Of a stretch of 34,890 nucleotides of DNA, positions 32,799 through 34,890 are shown piece after piece (positions within the stretch are counted from its first letter, which is position 1; each line of letters starts with the position of its first letter). The stretch lies in the NCBI GenBank assembly GCA_964441575.1, contig CAYTXW010000002.1:1-34890 (forward strand), read 5' to 3'. A program made the translations under genes and the position numbers. The notes under the pieces were generated by a model. That model worked only from the letters and a program-made list of their open reading frames with translations. It was not told the DNA's origin and did no database searches. Source of the DNA: an uncultured Oscillospiraceae bacterium (GTDB taxonomy: Bacteria > Bacillota > Clostridia > Oscillospirales > Oscillospiraceae).

Positions 32799-34890
32799 AT
32801 GGCAGTCAAAGGTCTGGATATTTTCAAGCTTTCCCCCAAAACCAACTGTAAGCAGTGCGGCAGCCCCACCTGTATGGCTTTCTGTATGAAGGTTGCCCAG
32901 GGCGCCGTGCCTATCGATAAGTGTCCCCACATGTCCGAGGAGGCCAAGGCCCTGCTGAGCGAGGCCACCGCGCCCCCTATGAAGACCATTGCTGTGGGCA
33001 ACGACATCAAGCTCGGAGGCGAGACCGTCCTGTTCCGCCACGAGAAGACGCTGGTTTCCCGCAACCGTTTCGCCGTACCTGTCTGTACCTGCATGGAACC
33101 GGAAGCTGTCAACGCTAAGCTGGCCGATGTGGCCAAGGTGGACTATGAGCGCATTGGCGAGCGCGAGTATGTGGAGTTTGTTCTGGTCCACGACGGGAAG
33201 GGTGATGCAGCCCGCGCCGTGGAGCTGTGCAAGCAGGCTGTGGATGCCGGCCGCGCCGTCATCATCGACACCGAAAATTTAGAGGTTGCCAAGGCCGCTG
33301 TGGATGCCGTCAAGGACTCCAAGCCCATTCTGAACGGCGCGAACAAGGACAACTTCGCGGAAATGAGCGCCATCGCAACCGCCGCCGGCGCCGCACTGGG
33401 CGTCAAGGGTGCCTCCATTGAGGAACTGCATGACACTGTCACCGCTCTGGAGAAGGCCGGCAACAAGAACTTGGTTCTGGATGTTACCGCGCCCACTGCC
33501 AAGGAGACCTTGGCCAACGCCGTCATGGTCCGCCGCGCCGCCTTGAAGGACGGAGACCGCACCTTCGGCTATCCCTCCATCGTCAACGTGGCCAAGCTGG
33601 CCAAGGGTGATCTGCATCTGCAAACAGCCTACGCCGCCCTGTTTACTCTGAAATATGGCTCCATCATTGTCATGGAGAATATGACCTACGCCGAGGCTCT
33701 GCCGCTGTACGGCTTGCGCCAGAATATTTATACGGACCCCCAGAAGCCCATGAAGGTCGCCCCCGGCATTTACCCCATGAACGGCGCTACCCCCGACGAT
33801 CCCTGCATGATGACCGTGGACTTTGCCCTGACCTACTTCCTGGTTTCCGGCGAAATCGAACGCTCCAAAATCCCTGTCAACCTGCTGATTACCGATGCCT
33901 CCGGTATGTCCGTTTTGACCGCTTGGGCTGCGGGTAAATTCTCCTCATCCACGGTCAAGAAGTTCTTTGACGAGTATGAGATCTCCAGCAAGATCAACAG
34001 CCGCACACTGGTTATTCCCGGCAAGGTTGCTGTCATGAAGGGAGAGATCCAGGACAAGCTGCCGGAGTGGAACGTGGTCGTTGGTACCCGAGAGGCCGTT
34101 GAGATCGTCAAGTTCCTGAAGGACGGCGAGCATGAGAAGGCTGCTGCCGCTGTGGCTGCCGCCAAGGCCCCCGTCACCGAGAAGAAGGAAGAGGTTAAGG
34201 CTGACGCGCCGCTGGACTTTGCCAAGATTGCCGCGTCCATCCCTGCCATCGAGGTCAAGGATGTCTTTGTCAACGACAAGAAGGTCACATACAAGTCCCG
34301 CAACGTGGAGAGCAACAAGTTCGTCACCATCGGCGAACGTATCCACTGCATCAGCCCTGTCATCCGCGAGGCCATGAACACCATGAACCCCGAGCCGATT
34401 CTGAAGCGAGCCGCCGAGCAGATCGCCGCTGGCGCTACCTATCTGGACGTCAACATCGGCCCCGCCGAGTCCAACGGCCCTGAGCTGATGACTTGGGCGG
34501 TCAAGCTGCTGCAGGAGAACTTCAATAATGTGCCGCTGGCGCTGGATACGGCCAACAAAAAGGCCATTGAAGCCGGTATCGCTGTGTATAACCGCGCCAA
34601 CGGCAAACCCATTATCAATTCCGCCGATGCCGGTTCTCGTATCAGCAACATTGATCTGGCCGCTGCCAACGACGCCATTGTTATCGCTCTCTGCTCTGCC
34701 GACGGCATTGCCAAAGACAATGAGGAGCGCATGAACCATTGCCACCATATGCTGGACCGCGGCATGGCCCTGGGCATGGAAGCTACGGACCTGTGGTTTG
34801 ACCCCCTGTTCCTGGTGGTCAAGGGTATGCAGGACAAGCAGATGGACGTGCTGAACGCCATCAAGATGTTCGCCGACGAGGGCCTGAAGT
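32799..34890 (+). CDS. acsC: CFeSP large subunit (AcsC-like) fused in-frame to a methyl-H4folate:corrinoid methyltransferase (AcsE-like) domain; 3'-truncated by the window edge
   Basis: Not in the supplied track. Hand translation from ATG 32799 (AAGGAGGG at 32781-32788) gives 697 sense codons to the window edge. Cys17/20/25/42 cluster motif. Ala/Lys/Glu linker at 34128-34211. AcsE-like motifs from 34320 (IGERI, LDVNIGPA, LALDTANKKAIEAG, LWFDPLFL). Confidence 0.85.
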   Translation, partial: MAVKGLDIFKLSPKTNCKQCGSPTCMAFCMKVAQGAVPIDKCPHMSEEAKALLSEATAPPMKTIAVGNDIKLGGETVLFRHEKTLVSRNRFAVPVCTCMEPEAVNAKLADVAKVDYERIGEREYVEFVLVHDGKGDAARAVELCKQAVDAGRAVIIDTENLEVAKAAVDAVKDSKPILNGANKDNFAEMSAIATAAGAALGVKGASIEELHDTVTALEKAGNKNLVLDVTAPTAKETLANAVMVRRAALKDGDRTFGYPSIVNVAKLAKGDLHLQTAYAALFTLKYGSIIVMENMTYAEALPLYGLRQNIYTDPQKPMKVAPGIYPMNGATPDDPCMMTVDFALTYFLVSGEIERSKIPVNLLITDASGMSVLTAWAAGKFSSSTVKKFFDEYEISSKINSRTLVIPGKVAVMKGEIQDKLPEWNVVVGTREAVEIVKFLKDGEHEKAAAAVAAAKAPVTEKKEEVKADAPLDFAKIAASIPAIEVKDVFVNDKKVTYKSRNVESNKFVTIGERIHCISPVIREAMNTMNPEPILKRAAEQIAAGATYLDVNIGPAESNGPELMTWAVKLLQENFNNVPLALDTANKKAIEAGIAVYNRANGKPIINSADAGSRISNIDLAAANDAIVIALCSADGIAKDNEERMNHCHHMLDRGMALGMEATDLWFDPLFLVVKGMQDKQMDVLNAIKMFADEGLK

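Noticed and set aside
1-34890. Mobile elements, prophage, defence islands, CRISPR arrays, tRNA or rRNA genes.
   Set aside because: I saw no integrase, transposase or recombinase-like ORFs, no terminal inverted or direct repeat pairs flanking a block, no regularly spaced repeats, and no cloverleaf-like tRNA sequences. Gene content is housekeeping or metabolic throughout.

Overview
GC-rich, densely coding chromosomal segment. Gene content looks Firmicutes/Clostridia-like (GerMN, YlmH, DUF896, DegV, Rnf, CooT/CooC, CFeSP), but the taxon is inference only. I saw no rRNA, tRNA, CRISPR array, transposase or integrase. Gene order: murT-gatD (+); feoA-feoA-feoB plus a 56-aa Cys-rich micro-ORF that is absent from the supplied track (+); uracil-DNA glycosylase and a D-Ala-D-Ala carboxypeptidase (-); comEA, then an OmpR-type response regulator, a histidine kinase and a GerMN lipoprotein (+); an aminotransferase (-); one long minus-strand unit apbE / NusG-domain-II protein / Gx transporter / rnfCDGEAB; two FAD oxidoreductases (-); ylmH, DUF896, degV and an E2/CAT-fold acyltransferase-like gene (+); GH53 galactanase, a decayed GNAT gene, greA and a nucleotidyltransferase (-). 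The last 5 kb is a nickel-chaperone plus Wood-Ljungdahl methyl-branch module (+): a His/Cys-rich protein, cooT, a 75-aa unknown, cooC, acsD and a long ORF. That ORF is the most interesting item. It starts at 32799, has no stop before the window edge (so it is missing from the ORF track), and reads in-frame from a complete AcsC-like CFeSP large subunit through a flexible linker into an AcsE-like methyltransferase. Many track ORFs have spurious N-terminal extensions or are antisense shadows of real genes, and I trimmed the starts by hand. Promoter and terminator calls are motif or hairpin readings only. All family assignments rest on recognised motifs, not on database searches.
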